Origin: Centroscyllium fabricii
Taxonomy: Eukaryota
Reading direction: 5' to 3'
Length of the DNA stretch: 64,000 nt
Assembly (NCBI GenBank): GCA_051313645.2
Contig: JBNRSN020000010.1
Span: 2,356,001 to 2,420,000 of the forward strand
The notes under the pieces were generated by a model. It searched no databases. It saw only the letters and a list, made by a program, of their open reading frames with translations, and was not told where the DNA came from. Position numbers and translations under genes: made by a program. Position 1 is the first letter of the stretch, and every line of letters begins with the position of its first letter. Below are positions 1-16,584 of this stretch, piece by piece.

Positions 1-11
1 TTTCCCTCCAC

Positions 12-231
12 CCAAAGACATGTAGCTTATGTGAATTGTAGATGCTATAAATTGTCCATGATTATGTGTGTGAGATATAGTTCTTAGAGTTGGGTATGTC
101 GGGGGATATGAGGAGAGGTTAGGAGGGGGGAGCTGGGATTGGATGATCAGCCATGATCTCATCACAAAATGGCGGAGCGGGCTCGAAGGGACGAATGGAC
201 TCATCCTGCTCCAATCTTCTGTGTCTGTGTC
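12..231 (+). mobile_element. 5'-truncated V-SINE/HE1-like SINE, array copy 1
   Basis: V-domain-like CCAAAGACATG..GTGAATTG..ATGCTA followed by a degenerate CR1-type tail (GGGACGAATGGACTCATCCTGCTCC) and TCTGTG repeats. Confidence 0.8.
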
Positions 232-2537
232 ACATCAATCAATCCATCCTCTTTACTCCAAATCATACAATACGCTCAACAATCAGACATTCATTAAATC
301 ATGCAACACACATTCTGTCCAACACAGCACCCTTACATTAAACCAATTCTGGACCCAACACTCTCTCCAATCATTCAGCTTTGCATTCATTCCGTCACCC
401 ATTGATCAGCCTGTCCCTCCATCCATTCAGCTCTTTATCAATTCCACTGGCAGCCCTTCCGAATTTAGTCCTGTCCAGCTATCCAGCAAAACAAACATAC
501 ATACCACACACTCTCCATTCAAAGCCACATCCATCCATCACTCCTTCCAATAATTTACCTCCCCATCCATTCATTCACCCCTCCTTCCATTCAACCCATT
601 CAGTGTCCAAAACTCTCATCCTTCTATTCACTGAACCGATATTCCAACCAACATTAACATCATTCATTCTTCCCTACATAAATACAACCGCCTCTATGTC
701 GAGCATTGTCTCCAAACATCAATAAATCCATTCACTATACTTCCAATCATCCAATTATCTCTACAATCGTTCATTGATCCATCCATGTATGCATTCTTCA
801 ACCTCTCATCAATCAAACAACTCTTCTGTACAATAACACATCATTCATCTATCTATATCGTCAACCAATCATATGTCCCGTTCAACAACTCCCCTTCCAG
901 GTCTCCTTCACAATATTGATCTATAAACTCAAACAACTAGCATTCCGTACTCTCCTCAGTCATCCATCCATTCGTTGAAAGAAATATCCATCTAGAAATC
1001 AGTTCCTCCAAACATCCAACCATCCTCCAGTCCAAAAGTCCTCTATCCCAACGCCCTGTAAACAAACCACAAACGATCCATTCGAAATATTATCATAACA
1101 ACTCCCCATCCATTCGTTCAAACCACCCATCCATCAACATTTTACTCCATTCATTCATCCCTTTATCAATTCAACTAGGTGTCCATCGCACAATTGGGAC
1201 CAATCATCCTTCCTTTCAACTGCCTATCCATCCAACTCTCCCTCATTTCCTTCATCTTCCATTTATTCAATAAAACTCGTGCAACATTCACTCCATTCTT
1301 TCATCACTTCACCAGTTCAACTAGCTGTTATTCCTACAATTGGGACAAATAATCCATCCATTCAACTGCCTATCCATCAAACTCTCCCTCCATTCATTCA
1401 TGTTCCACTGATTCAAAAACCCACTCATGCAACATTCACTTCATTCAGTCATCCCGCTATCAAACGGCCAGTTCTTACACCAGTCCATTTGATGAACCAA
1501 CCTTCCACTCAACACGCCTTGAATTCATTCATCCCTCGATCCATTCAACCAGTTCACCATCATCTCATTTCATTCATCCTTTTATCATTCAACTACGTGA
1601 GCTTCCACATTCCCTCTTATCAATCACCCTTCCACACAAAAACTCTCTAGCCATCATTCGCTAATCATTCTTCTGTCAATCGACAGCTCATCCATCCAGC
1701 ACACCCTGTACTCTTTCATGCATTCATAAATACAACAGCTTCTGAATCCAACATCCCATCCATTCATCCAACATTCCTTCCAAACATCAAACATTCCAGC
1801 CACTGAACCTTACATTCTTCAAACATTTCCTTCACTCATCCATCAATCCATCGACTCTACTTCCAATCATTCAAAACTTCATACACTCATCCATCCATCC
1901 ATCGATCCATCCATCCAACACACTATCCATCCAAAACCACATCATTCCATTCAACCCATTTTCCACAGACCACCACGTCCATTCCCGCACATTTCCATTC
2001 ATTCATTCACCCATCCATCCGATTTTCCCTCCATTAATTCACCACATTATCAATTCCATTCCTTCACCTTTCCATTCATGCAATCACACATACATCAAAT
2101 TTTCCGACCATTCATTCACCCCTTTAATAAGTCAGCTACCTATCAATCGCACCGTCCCTTCATTCATTCATATTGCCCTCTTCAAAAAACCCGCTCGTGC
2201 AACTTTCACTGCATTCAGTCATCCCTCTATTTGCTAAACTGCCTTTTCATACAACTGTCCCTTTGATCAACCATTCCTCCACTCAACACGCTCTCTATTC
2301 ATTCATTTCTCGATCTATTCAACCAGTTCTTCATCCTCTCCATTCATTCATACCCTTATCATTCAATAACCTGAGCTTCCAGATTCCCACTGAAGAATTG
2401 CGCATCCACTGAAACAACTCTCTGGCCAACATGTTCTATTCATTCTTCTCTTAATCCGGAGATCTCCATCCAGCACACCCTGTACTCTTTCATCCATCCA
2501 TAAACACAACAACTTCTGAATCCAACTTTCCCTCCAC

Positions 2538-2758
2538 CCAAAGACATGCAGCTTAGGTGAATTGGAGATGCTAAAAATTGTCCATGAATATGTGTGTGAG
2601 ATATAGTTCTTAGAGTTGGGTATGTCGGGGGATATGGGGAGAGGGTAGGAGGGGGGGAGTTGGGATTGGATGATCAGCCATGACCTCATCAAAAAATGGC
2701 GGAGCGGGCTCGAAGGGCCGAATGGCCTCCTCCTGCTCCTATCTTCTGTGTCTGTGTC
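2538..2758 (+). mobile_element. 5'-truncated V-SINE/HE1-like SINE, array copy 2
   Basis: Near-identical to copy 1 with the same flanks (TTTCCCTCCAC / TCATCAATC). Confidence 0.8.
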
Positions 2759-4354
2759 TCATCAATCAATCCATCCTCTGTACTTCATATCGTACAATAC
2801 GCTCTGCAATCAGACATTCAATAATTCATCCAATCATCAACACATCCAACACACTTTCTGTCCAACACAGCATCCTTACATTAAACCAATTCTGGAACCA
2901 ACACTCTCGCCAAACCTTCAGCTTTGCAGTCAGTCCGTCACCCATTGATCAGCCTGTCCCTCCATTCATTCAGCTCTTTATCAATTCCACTAGCAGCCCT
3001 TCCAAATTTAGCCCTGACCAGCTATCCAGCAAAATAAACACCATACATACCACACACTCTCCATTCAAAGCCACATCCATCTTTCACTCCTTGCATTAAT
3101 TTACCTCCCCATCCATTCAGTCACCCCTCCTTCCATTCAACCCATTCTGTGTCCAAAACTCTCATCCTTCCATTCACTGAACCGATATTCCAACCAACAT
3201 TAACATCATCCATTCTCTCCTGCATAAATACAAACGCCTCATTGTCGAGCATTGTCTCCAAACATCAATAAATCCATTCACTATACTTCCAATCATCCAA
3301 TTATCTGTACAATCTTTCATTGATCCATCCATTTATGCATTCATTCAACCTCTCATCAATCAAACAACTCTTCAATACAATAACCCATCATTCATCTATC
3401 TATAACGTCAACCAATCATATGTCCCGTTCAACAACTCCCGATCCAGGTCTCCTTCAAAACATTGATCTATAAACTCAAACACCTGGCATGCTGTACTCT
3501 GTTCAATCATCCATCCATTCGTTGACAGAACTATCCATCTATGAATCAGTTCCTCCAAACATCCAACAGTCCAACAGTCCTCTATCCCACCGCCGTCTAA
3601 ACAAACCACAAACCATCCATTCGAAAAATTATCCTAGCAACTCCCCATCCATTCGTTCAAACCACACATCCATCAAAGTTTTACTCCATTCATTCATCAC
3701 TTTATCAATTCAACTAGGTGTCCATCCCACAATTGGGACCAATCATCCTTCCATTCAACTACCTATCCATCCAACTCTTCCTCATTTCCTTCATCTTCCA
3801 TTCATTCAATAAAACTGGTGCAACATTCACTCCATTCAGTCACCCCTTTGTCAGCCTAACTGGCAGTTAATACCACAGTCCCTTGGATGAACAATTCTTC
3901 CACTGAACCAGACCTGTATTCATTCATCCCTCGATCCATCAACCAGTTCTCCATCCAATCTCTTCATTCATAACATTCATCAAATCCTTGACATTACACT
4001 TTCGCTTTGATTAACCATCCATCCACTCAACCAATTATTCATTCAACTCTCCCTCCATTTATTCAGAGCATCATTCTTTAAATCACACAGCTATGCAAAA
4101 ACCCTGGCATTCATTCATCCCTTTATCAATTAAATTACCTGTCCATTCCATAATACGGACCAATCATCCTTCCATTAAATTAGCATCCATCTAGCTCTCC
4201 CTCCATTCATCTTCCACTCATACAAGCACAAATTAATCCAACTCATTCATTCATCTCACAAGTCATTCAACCACCCACTCACGAACCATCCACTCCATTC
4301 ATTCATCCCTTTATCAATTCAACTACCTGTCCAGCACATCATTCTGACCAATAA

Positions 4355-4758
4355 TAGGCCTACATTGTTCAGATTTTAGAACAATGTGAGGTGATCTCAT
4401 TGAAACATACATAATTCTTCCAGGACGTGACAGGGTAGATGCAGGGAGGATGTTTACCCTGGCTGGAGAGCCTAGCACAAGAGGTCACAGTCTTAGAATG
4501 TGGGGAGGGGCAATTTATTCATTCAGAAGGTGGTGAATCTTAGGAATTCTCTACCTCAGAGCGCTGTGGAGGCTCAGTCTTTTAATATATTCAAGAGAGA
4601 GATCGATATTTCTTTGAATATTAAGGGAATCAAGGGATATGGGGATAGTGCAGGAAAGTGGAGATGAGGTAGGTCAGCCATGATCTTATTGAATGGTGGA
4701 GCAGGCGCTAGGGGCCGAATGGCCGACTCCTACTCCTATCTCTTATGTTCTTACGTTC
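4355..4758 (+). mobile_element. CR1 LINE 3' fragment
   Basis: Degenerate CR1 ORF2 C-terminus (GGTGATCTCATTGAAACATAC..AGAAGGTGGTGAATCT), 3' hairpin GGCCGAATGGCC and (TTATGTTC)n tail. Confidence 0.85.
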
Positions 4759-7700
4759 AACTACTCCTCCATTCAAGCCTCCCTCCATTCATTCACCACG
4801 CTCGCATTCATCCATCCACTCAGCTAATTCCCATTACATTCATTCATCCCTTTATCAATTCAACTGCCTTTCTATCCAACAATCTCTTTGATCAACCACC
4901 CAACCACCCATCACACCCTTCATTCATGTATCCCGACATCCAATGAACTACAAATCCCACTAATCAATCATCCATCCACTCAGCCGCCCAACCACTCATC
5001 CACCGTTCTATGCAACACACTTTCTTTTCATTCTGCTTTCTATACACAAGCCATCAATTCAGCAAAACCCGTATCTTTTTACCCTTCCTAAATTCAACCA
5101 ATTCTCCATCCAACATTGCCTCCAATCATTTAAACCATCTGCAGAGCCGTTCAGTCGTTCAACATGTCCTCAAATCATTCATCCCTCCATTGAACCATCG
5201 CTCCATCACTCCCTCCAAACATCCATCCAACAAGTCTTGTCTCCCGCACACCCATCAAACACAACATAATCCATCCATTCAAACAATTATTCATTCAACT
5301 CTCTCTCTCCATTCATTCATATCGCCACTCTCTAACCAGCCCACGTATCCAAAATTCCATCCACTCATTCAGCACTTTATCAATTGAACCTACCTTTCCC
5401 TCCCAAAATTCAGAACAATAATTCATCTATTCAGCTGCGCAGCCATAGAACTCTCCCTCCAATCATTCATCATCCACTTATTCAAACACCCACTCATCCA
5501 ACTTCCACTTAATTCATTCATCCCTTTATCAATTAAACTTCCTTTCCATCAAACAATCCCTATGATCAACCACCCAACCATCCATCGCTCCCTCCATTCA
5601 ATTATCACTACATCCATTCAACTGCCTTTCCATCTAACAATCTCTCTAATCAAACACCTCTCTGTCCAAAAATCTCTCTATTCCTTCTATTCTCAATCCA
5701 CCCACCCAGCATACATTGTAATGTTTCATCCCTTCATTATTTTAAAGCCTCTCCAGCCAACAGCCCCTCCAATCACCAATCAATCCATCTGCAGCACCAT
5801 TCATCCAAGGTTGCTCCCAATCATTCAGAGATCCATCATCCAATAGTCCCTATAATCATTCATGTTTCCATCAATTTATGCATTCATTGATCCTCTCATA
5901 CAAACAGCACATCTTTTATTCAACCAGCACTTTCTTCATCCATACATTGATCCACCCATCCATCCATTGTTACACGGTCTCTATCCAACACACTCCCAAT
6001 ATCACACCATCTAAAATTCTACCCAATCTCTGTTAATTTCTCCCTCTATAGTTTCAAATCACCACTGATTAAACCACTCACCAAATTAAATTCAACCACC
6101 ACACAATACAACGTTATTTCCAATCCTCATTCAATTCTTCTGTAGAAACATCCATTCATTTAACATTGCCTGCAATCATAAATCAATCCACCACTGATGT
6201 ATAATCAGCCAATACACCCTACAATCAATCATGTATCCATCAATGTATGCATTCAGTCAACCTCTTATCCATCCAACACCACATCTGTAGAATAATCCAT
6301 CATTCACCCATCCATCACCTCAACCAATCAGCCATCTTTTCAACACCACTCCGTCCAGCACTCCTTCCAAACATCCATCCATCCACCTGGCAATCCAGTA
6401 CTCCCTTCAATCATTCATCCATCCATTTAACCACCCATCGATCATTCTTACATCCAACTATCCATCCATCCACCCATAGATCCAATCAGTTTTCTATCCC
6501 ATCCTCCCGCCACACATCCCACAATCGGTACATTCAACCAATTATCCATTCACCTATTCATCCATTCATTCAGTTGCTGTTCGTTAAACAACCGCTCCAT
6601 CCTAATTGCAATTTATTAATTCATCCCTTTATCAATGGAACAGACTGTCCATTATACAATACCTTTGATCAACCATCCTTCCAGTCAACATGTGCTCTCT
6701 TCATTCATCCCTCGATCCATTCAACCACTGTTCCATTCATTCATTCATTATTTTATCCATTCAACTACCTGCGCTTCCACAATTCCTCTAATCAATCACC
6801 CATCCACTCAAAATCTCCCTGGCCAACGCTCACTATTAATTTGCATTTCAGTGCACAACCCATTCTTCTAAACCGCCCTCTATTATTTAATCCACAATTG
6901 CAAACACTTCTACATTCAACAATTTCACTTCATTCAATTTATCCACTGAATAATTCCCTCCAACCATCAATCAATTCATCCACTGTAATTTCAAACACCC
7001 AATACTTCCGACAATCACTCAGTCATCCATCTACCCATCCACTCAATCATCCCCTCTACCAACACTCTCTCCATCCAACACCACATTCTTCCTTTCAAAC
7101 AATTATCCATCGAACAATATCTCCAATAGGTCAACGTTGCCTTCATTCAGTCACCAATCCATCCAACTGTCCCTCCACACATTCAATTATTTATCAATGC
7201 AAGTACCAGCCCTTCCATATATCCCTTTGACTCACTAAACCACCCATCCTTCACTCGCTCCATTCATTCACCTTTCCAACCACTCAACGACCCTTACATT
7301 CACCATGAGCTGCATTCACTCACTTCTATAATCATTCAGCCAGCCACGCATCCAACATTCTCTTCATTCATTCACATCTCCATCCATTCAACCATCGATC
7401 TATCCAACACCACCTCTATCCATAAAACCAGTTAGCCACCCAACCGCCCATCTATTGAGGCATCTCTTTTTCAATTCAACTACCTGTACATTCCATAATC
7501 CCACTGACCAATCATCCATCCATTCAACTCGTCTTCCAAACATTCAACCATTTCTTCATCCATCACTTATCCATTCATTACCTCATCATTCACGTAAACC
7601 CTTATTTAAAAATCACTCTTTTAATTCATTTATCTCTCCGCCCATTCTTACATGCATCCCTCCATCCATTCAACTAATTCTCCATCCATCAACGGCCCCC

Positions 7701-10700
7701 ATCTACTCGCGTCTTCAGTCATTCAAGCACTCAACTAACCAACACTATCTCCATACATGTATCTCCCAATTCATTCAACCACTCTTCTACCCAACACTCC
7801 CTCCATTCATTCATTCTTCAATCCATTCAAACAATTCTCCATCCAGCACTCTATTTATTTCCCTCTCCATCTGTTCAACCAAATCTTCATTCACACTCGC
7901 TCCAATCATTTAGCTCTCCACCCATGCAATCTTCCCTTCATCCATTCAACACGCTCATCCATTCATTTACCTCTGCATTTACGCAACCGATATTCCAACC
8001 AACATCACCTCCATTCATTCTTCCCTCCAGAAATTCAGCCAGCTCTCCATTCAAACTTGTCTGCAATCATCATTAAATCATTCTGTTGAACCCTTCATTC
8101 ATCCAACATTATCTCCAATCCTCAGTCAATCCAACCATTCATCCAACATCCCCTTCAGCCGTCATTCAATCCGTCCACTATTCCGCCAATCGTCCAGTAC
8201 ACTCTACAATCATTCATTCACCCATCTGTTTATGCATTATTTCAACACATGACCCATACAACTCTTCTAGTCAATAAACCATTATTCCTCTATCCATTAC
8301 CTCAACCAATCATCCATCCATTCAACTACTCCCCATCCATCTCCCCATCAAAATAATTAAGTATAAACTGAAACGCCAGTATTTCTTTCAATCACCCATC
8401 CATCCAGCCATCAGCTCCTCCAAACAACCATCAATCCAATAGGCTCCTACCCCAACCCGCCCTCAAAATAAAACTGCAATTCACCAATTCAACCAATTAT
8501 CCATTCAACACAATCACCATTCATTCAAATCGACATTCTGCAAACTACCGATCCATCTAAAGTTCCCTCCATTGATTCACCTTGCAGCAATGCAACTAGT
8601 TGTTACTGCCACAATTGGGACCAATCATCCATCCATTCAACTACTTATCCATCCAACTCCCCCTAACCCTCCATTCATTCAAAAACCCATTCAAGCAACA
8701 TTCACTCCATTCAATAATCCCATTATCAGCTAAACTACCTGTTCATACCACAGTCCCTTTGGTCAACCATTCCTCCACTCAACACGCCTTGTATTCAATC
8801 ATCTCTTGATCCATTCAAACAGTTTTCCACCCAGTCCCTTCAGTCATCCCTTTATCCATTCTACTAACTGAGCATCCACAACCACTCTGATCAATCACCC
8901 ATCCACTCAAACACTTCTCTGGCCAACATACTTTATTCATTCTTCTCTTACTCCACAGCTCATCCATTCAGCACACCCTGTACTCTTTTATCCATCCATT
9001 AATGCAACCACTTATCCTTACAACATTCCCTCCAATCAATAAACATTGCATTCGCTGATCCATCCAATGATACAACAGTCCTTCCAACCAACAAACATTC
9101 CAGCCACTGAACCTTCCATTCTTCAACATTGCCTCCAATCATCCATCACTCCATCCACTGTACTTCCAGTCATGCTACACATCCGACAATCAATCACCCA
9201 TGCATCCCATCACCTGTCCATCCAACACCACATCCTTCCATTCAAACAATTCTCCACAAAAAACTCTCAACATTCCTTCACTTTTCCTTTCATGCAATTC
9301 CCCATCCATCATACTTTCCAAATATGCATTCAACCCTTTACTAATTCATTCAACTACCTCTCCATCGAAAATTCCCTCTGACCAACTATCCATCCACTTA
9401 ATCACCAATGCATCCAAAGTTTCCCTCACATACTTCACATTCTGTTTCATTCAACCATCTCTCCATCCAACACTCTCTGAATTCATCCACATCTACGTTC
9501 ATTTCATTGTGTATATATCCAGCACTCACTCTTTTCATAAATTCTACCAGCCTTTGGAACAATTTTCCTTCCATCACTTCCTGCATTAATTTACCTCCAC
9601 ATCCATTAATTCACCACTCCAACCAGTCAACACATTCTGTGACCAAAGCTCTCTTAAATCCATTCACTCCACAGATATTCCATCCTACATTATATCCATT
9701 CATTCTTCCCTCCATAAATTCAAAAAAATCTCCATCCAATATTGTCCCCAAACCTCAAAAAATCCATCCACTATTTTCCCAATCATCCACTACTCTCTAC
9801 AATTATTCATCAATCCATCCATTTATTCATTCATTCAACCTCTCATACATCCAAAAACTCTTTTATTCAACAATCTATTATTCATCTATCCATCACCTCA
9901 ACCAACCATTCATCCATTGTACAGTTCCCCATCCAGCTGGCCTTCACAACATCCATCTATAATCTCAAACAACTGCCCATCCCATACTCCCTTCAATCAT
10001 CCATTAAAACAGCTATCCATCTATCCATTGTATACTCACAACATCCAACCGTGCATCAATCCAACAGTCTTCTATCCCATCCGCGTCCGGATAACCAAAC
10101 TCAATCCATTCAAACAATTATCCATCCAACTCTTCCTCCATTTACTCAAACCACCCATCAATCTAAAGTTCCCTCCATTCATTCATCACTTCACCAGTTG
10201 AACTAGCTGTTATTCCTACAAGTGGGACCAATAATCCATCTGTTCAACTGCCTATCCATCAAACTCTCACTCCATTCACTCATGTTCCACTGATTCAAAA
10301 ACCCACTCATGCAACGTTCACTCCATTCAGTCATCCCGCGATCAAACTGTCAGTTCTTACACCAGTCCATTTGATGAACCAATCTTCCAGAAAATACGCC
10401 TTGAATTAATTCATCCCTCGATCCATTCAACCAGTTCACCATCATCTCATTTCATTCATTCTTCTGTCAATCCACAGCTCATCCATCCAGCACTATTTCG
10501 TTCTTCCATAAATAAAACTTCTGAATCCAACATCCCATCCATTCATCAAACATTCCCTCCAATCATCACACTTTCCAGGCACTGAACCTTCCATTCTTTA
10601 AACATTTCCTTCAATCATCCATCAATCCATCGACTGTACTTCCAATCATTCAAAACTGCATACAATCAACCATCCATCCATCCAATCACCTGCCCATCCA

Positions 10701-11279
10701 ACACCACATCATTCTATTCAAACCATTCTCCACCCAACACCACGTCCATTCCCGCACATTTCCATTCATGCAATCACCCATCCATCCGACTGTCCCTCCA
10801 TTCCTTCACCTTTCCTTTCATGCAATCACCCATCCATCAAATTTTCCGACCATTCATTCACCCCTTTAATAATTCAGCTACCTATCAATCCCACCGTCCC
10901 TTCATTCATTCATATTCCCCTCTTTAAAATCCCCACTCTTTCAACTTTCACTGCATTCAGTCATCCCTCTATCAGCTAAACTGCCTTTTCATACAACAGT
11001 CCCTTTGATCAACCATTCCTCCACTCAACACGCTCTCTATTTATTCATTTCTCGATCTATTCAACCAGTTCTCCATCCTCTCCATTCATTGATACCTTTA
11101 TCATTCAACCACCTGAGCTTCCCGATTCCCACTGAAGAATTGCACATCCACTGAAACAACTCTCTGGCCAACATGTTCTATTCATTCTTCTCTTAATCCG
11201 GAGATCACCATCCAGCACACCCTGTACTCTTTCATCCATCCATAAAAACAACAACTTCTGAATCCAACTTTCCCTCCAC

Positions 11280-11499
11280 CCAAAGACATGCAGCTTACGT
11301 GAATTGGAGATGCTAAAAATTGTCCATGAATATGTGTGTGAGATATAGTTCTTAGAGTTGGGTGTGACGGGGGATATGGGGAGAGGGTAGGAGGGGGGAG
11401 CTGGGTTTGGATGATCAGCAATGATCTCATCAAAAACTGGCGGAGCGGGCTCGAAGGGCCGAATGGCCTCCTCCTGCTCCTATCTTCTGTGTCTGTGTC
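11280..11499 (+). mobile_element. 5'-truncated V-SINE/HE1-like SINE, array copy 3
   Basis: Same sequence and flanks as copies 1-2. Confidence 0.8.
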
Positions 11500-13870
11500 T
11501 CATCAATCAATCCATCCTCTGTACTCCAAATCGTACAATACGCTCTACAATCAGACATTCATTAACTCATCTAATCATCAACACATCCAACACACTTTCT
11601 GTCCAACACAGCATCCTTATATTAAACCAATTCTGGAATCAACACCTACTCCAATCCTTCAGCTTTGCATTCATTCCGTCACCCATTGATCAGCCTGTCC
11701 CTCCATTCATTCAGCTCTTTATCAATTCCACTAGCAGCCCTTCCAAATTTAGCCCTGTCCAGCTATCCAGCCAAACAAACACCATACATACCACACACTC
11801 TCCATTCAAAGCCACATCCATCCTTCACTCCTTTCATTAATATACCTCCCCATCCATTCATTCACCCCTCCTTCCATTCAACCCATTCTGTGTCCAACAC
11901 TCTCATCCTTCCATTCACTGAACCGATATTCCAACCAACATTAACATCATTCATTCTTCCCTACATAAATGCAACCACCTCTATGTCGATCATTGTCTCC
12001 AAACATCAATAAATCCATTCACTATAATTCCAATCATCCAATTATCACTACAATCGTTCATTGATCCATCCATTTATGCATTCTTCAACCTCTCATCAAT
12101 CAAACAACTCTTCTGTACAATAACACATCATTCATCTATCTATATCCTCAACCAATCATATGTCCCGTTCAACAACTCCCCATCCAGTTTTCCTTCAAAA
12201 CATTGATCTATAAACTCAAACAACTGGCATTCCGTACACTTTTCAATCATCCATCCAATCGTTGAAAGAACTATCCATCTATGAATCAGTCCCTCCAAAC
12301 ATCCAACCATCCACCAGTCCAAAAGTCCTCTATCCCAACGCCCTCTAAACAAACCACATACCATCCATTCGAAAAATTATCCTAACAACTCCCCATCCAT
12401 TCGTTCAAACCACCCATCCATCAAAATTTTACTCCATTCATTCATCCCTTTATCAATTCAACTAAGTGTCCATCGCACAATTGGGGCCAATCATCCTTCC
12501 ATTCAACTGCCTATCCATCCAACTCTCCCTCATTTCCTTCATCTTCCTTCATTCAATAAAACTCGTGCAACATTCACGCCATTCATTCATCACTTCACCA
12601 GTTGAACTAGCTGTTATTCCTACAATTGAGACCAATAATCCATCCATTCAACTGCCTATCCATCAACCTCTCCCTCCATTCATTCATGTTCCACTGACTC
12701 AAAAAAACCCACACATGCAACGTTCACTCCATTCAGTCATCCCGCTATCAAACTGTCAGTTCTTACACCAATCCATTTGATGAACCAACCTTCCACTCAA
12801 CACGCCTTCAATTCATTCAACCCTCGATCTATTCAACCAGTTCACCATCATCTCATTTCATTCATCCTTTTATCATTCAACTTCGTGAGCTTCCACATTC
12901 CCTCTTATCAATCACCCATCCACACAAAAATCTCTCTAGCCATCATTCGCCATTCATTCTTCTGTCAATCCACAGCTCATCCATCCAGCACACCCTGTAC
13001 TCTTTCATACATCCCTAAATACAACAGCTTCTAAATCCAATATTCCATCCATTCATCCAACATTCCTTCCAAACATCAAACATTCTATTCGCTGATCCAT
13101 CCATTGATACAACATTCCCTCCAGTCATCAAACATTCCAGCCACTGAACCTTCCATTCTTCAAACTTTTCCTTCAATCATCCATCAATCCATCGACTCTA
13201 CTTCCAATCATTCAAAATTTCATTCAATCATCCATCGATCCATCCATCCAACACATTATCCATCCAACACCACATCATTCCATTCAAACCATTCTCCACC
13301 CAACACCCCCTCCATTCCCGCACATTTCCATTCATGCAATCACCCATCCATCCGACTGTCCCTCCATTAATTCACCACTTTATCAATTCCATTCCTTCAC
13401 CTTTCCTTTCATTCAATCACCCATCCATCAAATTTTCCGACCATTCATTCACCCCTTTAATAATTCAGCTACCTATCAATCCCACCGTCCCTTCATTCAT
13501 TCATATTCCCCTCTATAAAACACTACCTCATTCAACTTTCACTGCATTCAGTCATCCCTCTATCAGCTAAACTGCCTTTTCATACAACAGTCCCTTTGAT
13601 CAAACATTCCTCCACTCAACACGCTCTCTATTCATTCATTTCTCGATCTATTCAACCAGTTCTCCATCCTCTCCTTTCATTCATAACTTTATCATTCAAA
13701 AACCTGAGCTTCCCGATTCCCACTGAAGTATTGCGCAATCACTGAAACAACTCTCTGGCCAACATGTTCTACTCATTCTTCTCTTAATCCGCAGATCTCC
13801 ATCCAGCACACCCTGTACTCTTTCTTCCATCCATAAACACAACAACATCTGAATCCAACTTTCCCTCCAC

Positions 13871-14088
13871 CCAAAGACATGCAGCTTAGGTAAATTGGAG
13901 ATGCTAAAAATTGTCCATGAATATGTGTGTGAGATATATCTTAGAGTTGGGTGTGTCGGGGAATATGGGGAGAGGGTAGGAGGGGGGAGCTGGGTTTGGA
14001 TGATCAGCAATGATCTCATCAAAAAATGGCGGAGCGGGCTCGAAGGGCCGAATGGCATCCTGCTGCTCCTATCTTCTGTGTCTTTGTC
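13871..14088 (+). mobile_element. 5'-truncated V-SINE/HE1-like SINE, array copy 4
   Basis: Same sequence and flanks; 2591 bp from copy 3. Confidence 0.8.
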
Positions 14089-16584
14089 TCATCAATCAAT
14101 CCATCCTCTGTACTTCAAATCGTACAATACGCTATACAATCAGACATTCATTAAATCATCCAATCATCAACACATCCAACACACTTTCTGTCCAACACAG
14201 CATCCTTACATTAAACCAATTCTGGAATCAACACTCTCTCCAATCCTTTAGCTTGGCATTCATTCCGTCACCCATTCATCAGCCTGTCCCTCCATTCATT
14301 CAGCTCTTTATCAATTCCACTAGCTGCCGTTCCGAATTTAGCCCTGTCCAGCTATCCAGCAAAACAAACACCATACATACCACACACTCTCCATTCAAAG
14401 CCACATTCACCCATCAATCCTTCCATTATTTTACCTCCCCTTCGATTCATTCACCCCTCCTTCCATTGAACCCATTCGGTGTCCAAAACTCTCATCCTTC
14501 CATTCACTGAAACGATATTCCAACCAACATTAAGATCATCCATACTGTCCTGCATAAATACAACCGCCTCTATGTCGAGCATTGTCTCCAAACATCAATA
14601 AATCCATTCACTATACTTCCAGCCATCCAATTATCTCTACAATCGTTCATTGATCCATCCATTTATGCATTCTTCAACCTCTTATCAATCTAACTACTCT
14701 TCAGTACATTAATACATCATTCATCTATCTATATCGTCAACCAATCATATGTCCTGTTCAACAAATCCCCTTCCAAGTCTCCTTCAAAATATTGATCTAT
14801 AAACTCAAACAACTGGCATTCTGTACTCTCCTCAGTCATCCATCCATTCGTTGAAAGAACTATCCATCTATGAATCAGTTCCTCCAAACATCCAACCATC
14901 CACCAGTCCAAAAGTCCTCTATCCCAACGCCTTCTAAACAAACCACAAACCATCCATTCGAAAAATTATCCTAACAACTCCCCATCCATTCGTTCAAACC
15001 ACCCATCCATCAAAATTTTACTCCATTCATTCATCCCTTTATCAATTCAACTAGGTGTCCATCGCACAATTGGGACCACTCATCCTTCCATTCAACTGCC
15101 TATCCATCCAACTTTCCCTAATTTCCTTCATCGTCCATTTATTCAATAAAACTCATGCAACATTCAATCCATTCATTCATCACTTCACCAGATGAACTAG
15201 CTGTTATTCCTACAATTGCGACCAATAATCCATCCATTCAGCTGCCTATCCATCAAACTCTCCCTCCATTCATTCATGTTCCACTGATTCAAAAAACCCC
15301 ACTCATGCAACGTTCACCCCATTCAGTCACCACGCTATCAAACGGCCAGTTCTTACACCAGTCCATTTGATGAACAAACCTTCCACTCAACACGCCTTGA
15401 ATTAATTCATCCCTCGATCCATTCAACCAGTTCACCATCATCTCATTTCCTTCATCCTTTTATCATTCAACTACCTGAGCTTCCACATTCCCTCTTATCA
15501 ATCACCCATCCACACAAAAAACTCTCTAGCCATCATTCGCTATTCATTCTTCTGTCAATCCACAGCTCATCCATCCAGTTCACCCTTCACTCTTTCATCC
15601 ATCCATAAATATAACAACTTCTAAATCCAATAATCCATCCATTGATACAACATTACCTCCAAACATCAAACATTCCATTCGCTGATCCATCTATTTATCC
15701 AACATTCCCTCCAAATATCAAACATTCCATTCGCTGATCCATCCATTGATACAAAATTCCCTCCAATCATCAAATATTCCAGCCACTGAACCTTCCATTT
15801 TCAAGCTTTTCCTTCAATCATCCATCAATCCATCGACTCTACTTCCAATCATTCAAAACTTCATACAATCAACCATCCATCCATCCAATCACCTGCCCAT
15901 CCAACACCACATTATTCCATTCAACCCATTCTCCACCCAACACCGCGTCCATTCCCGCACATTAACATCCATGCAATCACCCATCCATCCGACTGTCTCT
16001 CCATTAATTCACCACTTTATCAAATCCATTCCTTCAACTTTCCATTCATGCAATCACCCATCCATCCGACTGTCCTTCCATTAATTCACCACTTTTTCAA
16101 TTCCATTCCTTCACCTTTCCATTCATGCAATCACACTTCCATCTAATTTTCCGACCATTCATTCACCCCTTCAATAATTCAGCTACCTATCACTCCCACC
16201 GGCCCTTCATTCATTATATTGCCCTCTTTAAAAAAAAACGCTCATGCAACTTTCACTGCATTCAGTCATCCCTCTATCAGCTAAACTGCCTTTTCATACA
16301 ACAATCCATTTGATCAACCATTCCTCCAATCAACGTGCTCTCTATTCATTCATTTCTCGATCTATTCAACCAGTTCTCCATCCTCTCCCTTCATTCATAC
16401 CTTTATCATTCAACTACCTGAGCTTTCCCATTCCCACTGAAGATTTGCACATCCACTGAAACAACTCTCTGGCCAACATGTTCTATTCATTCTTCCCTCA
16501 ATCCGCAGATCTCCATCCAGCACACCCTGTACTCTTTCATCCATCCATAAACACAACAACCTCTGAATACAACTTTCCCTCCAC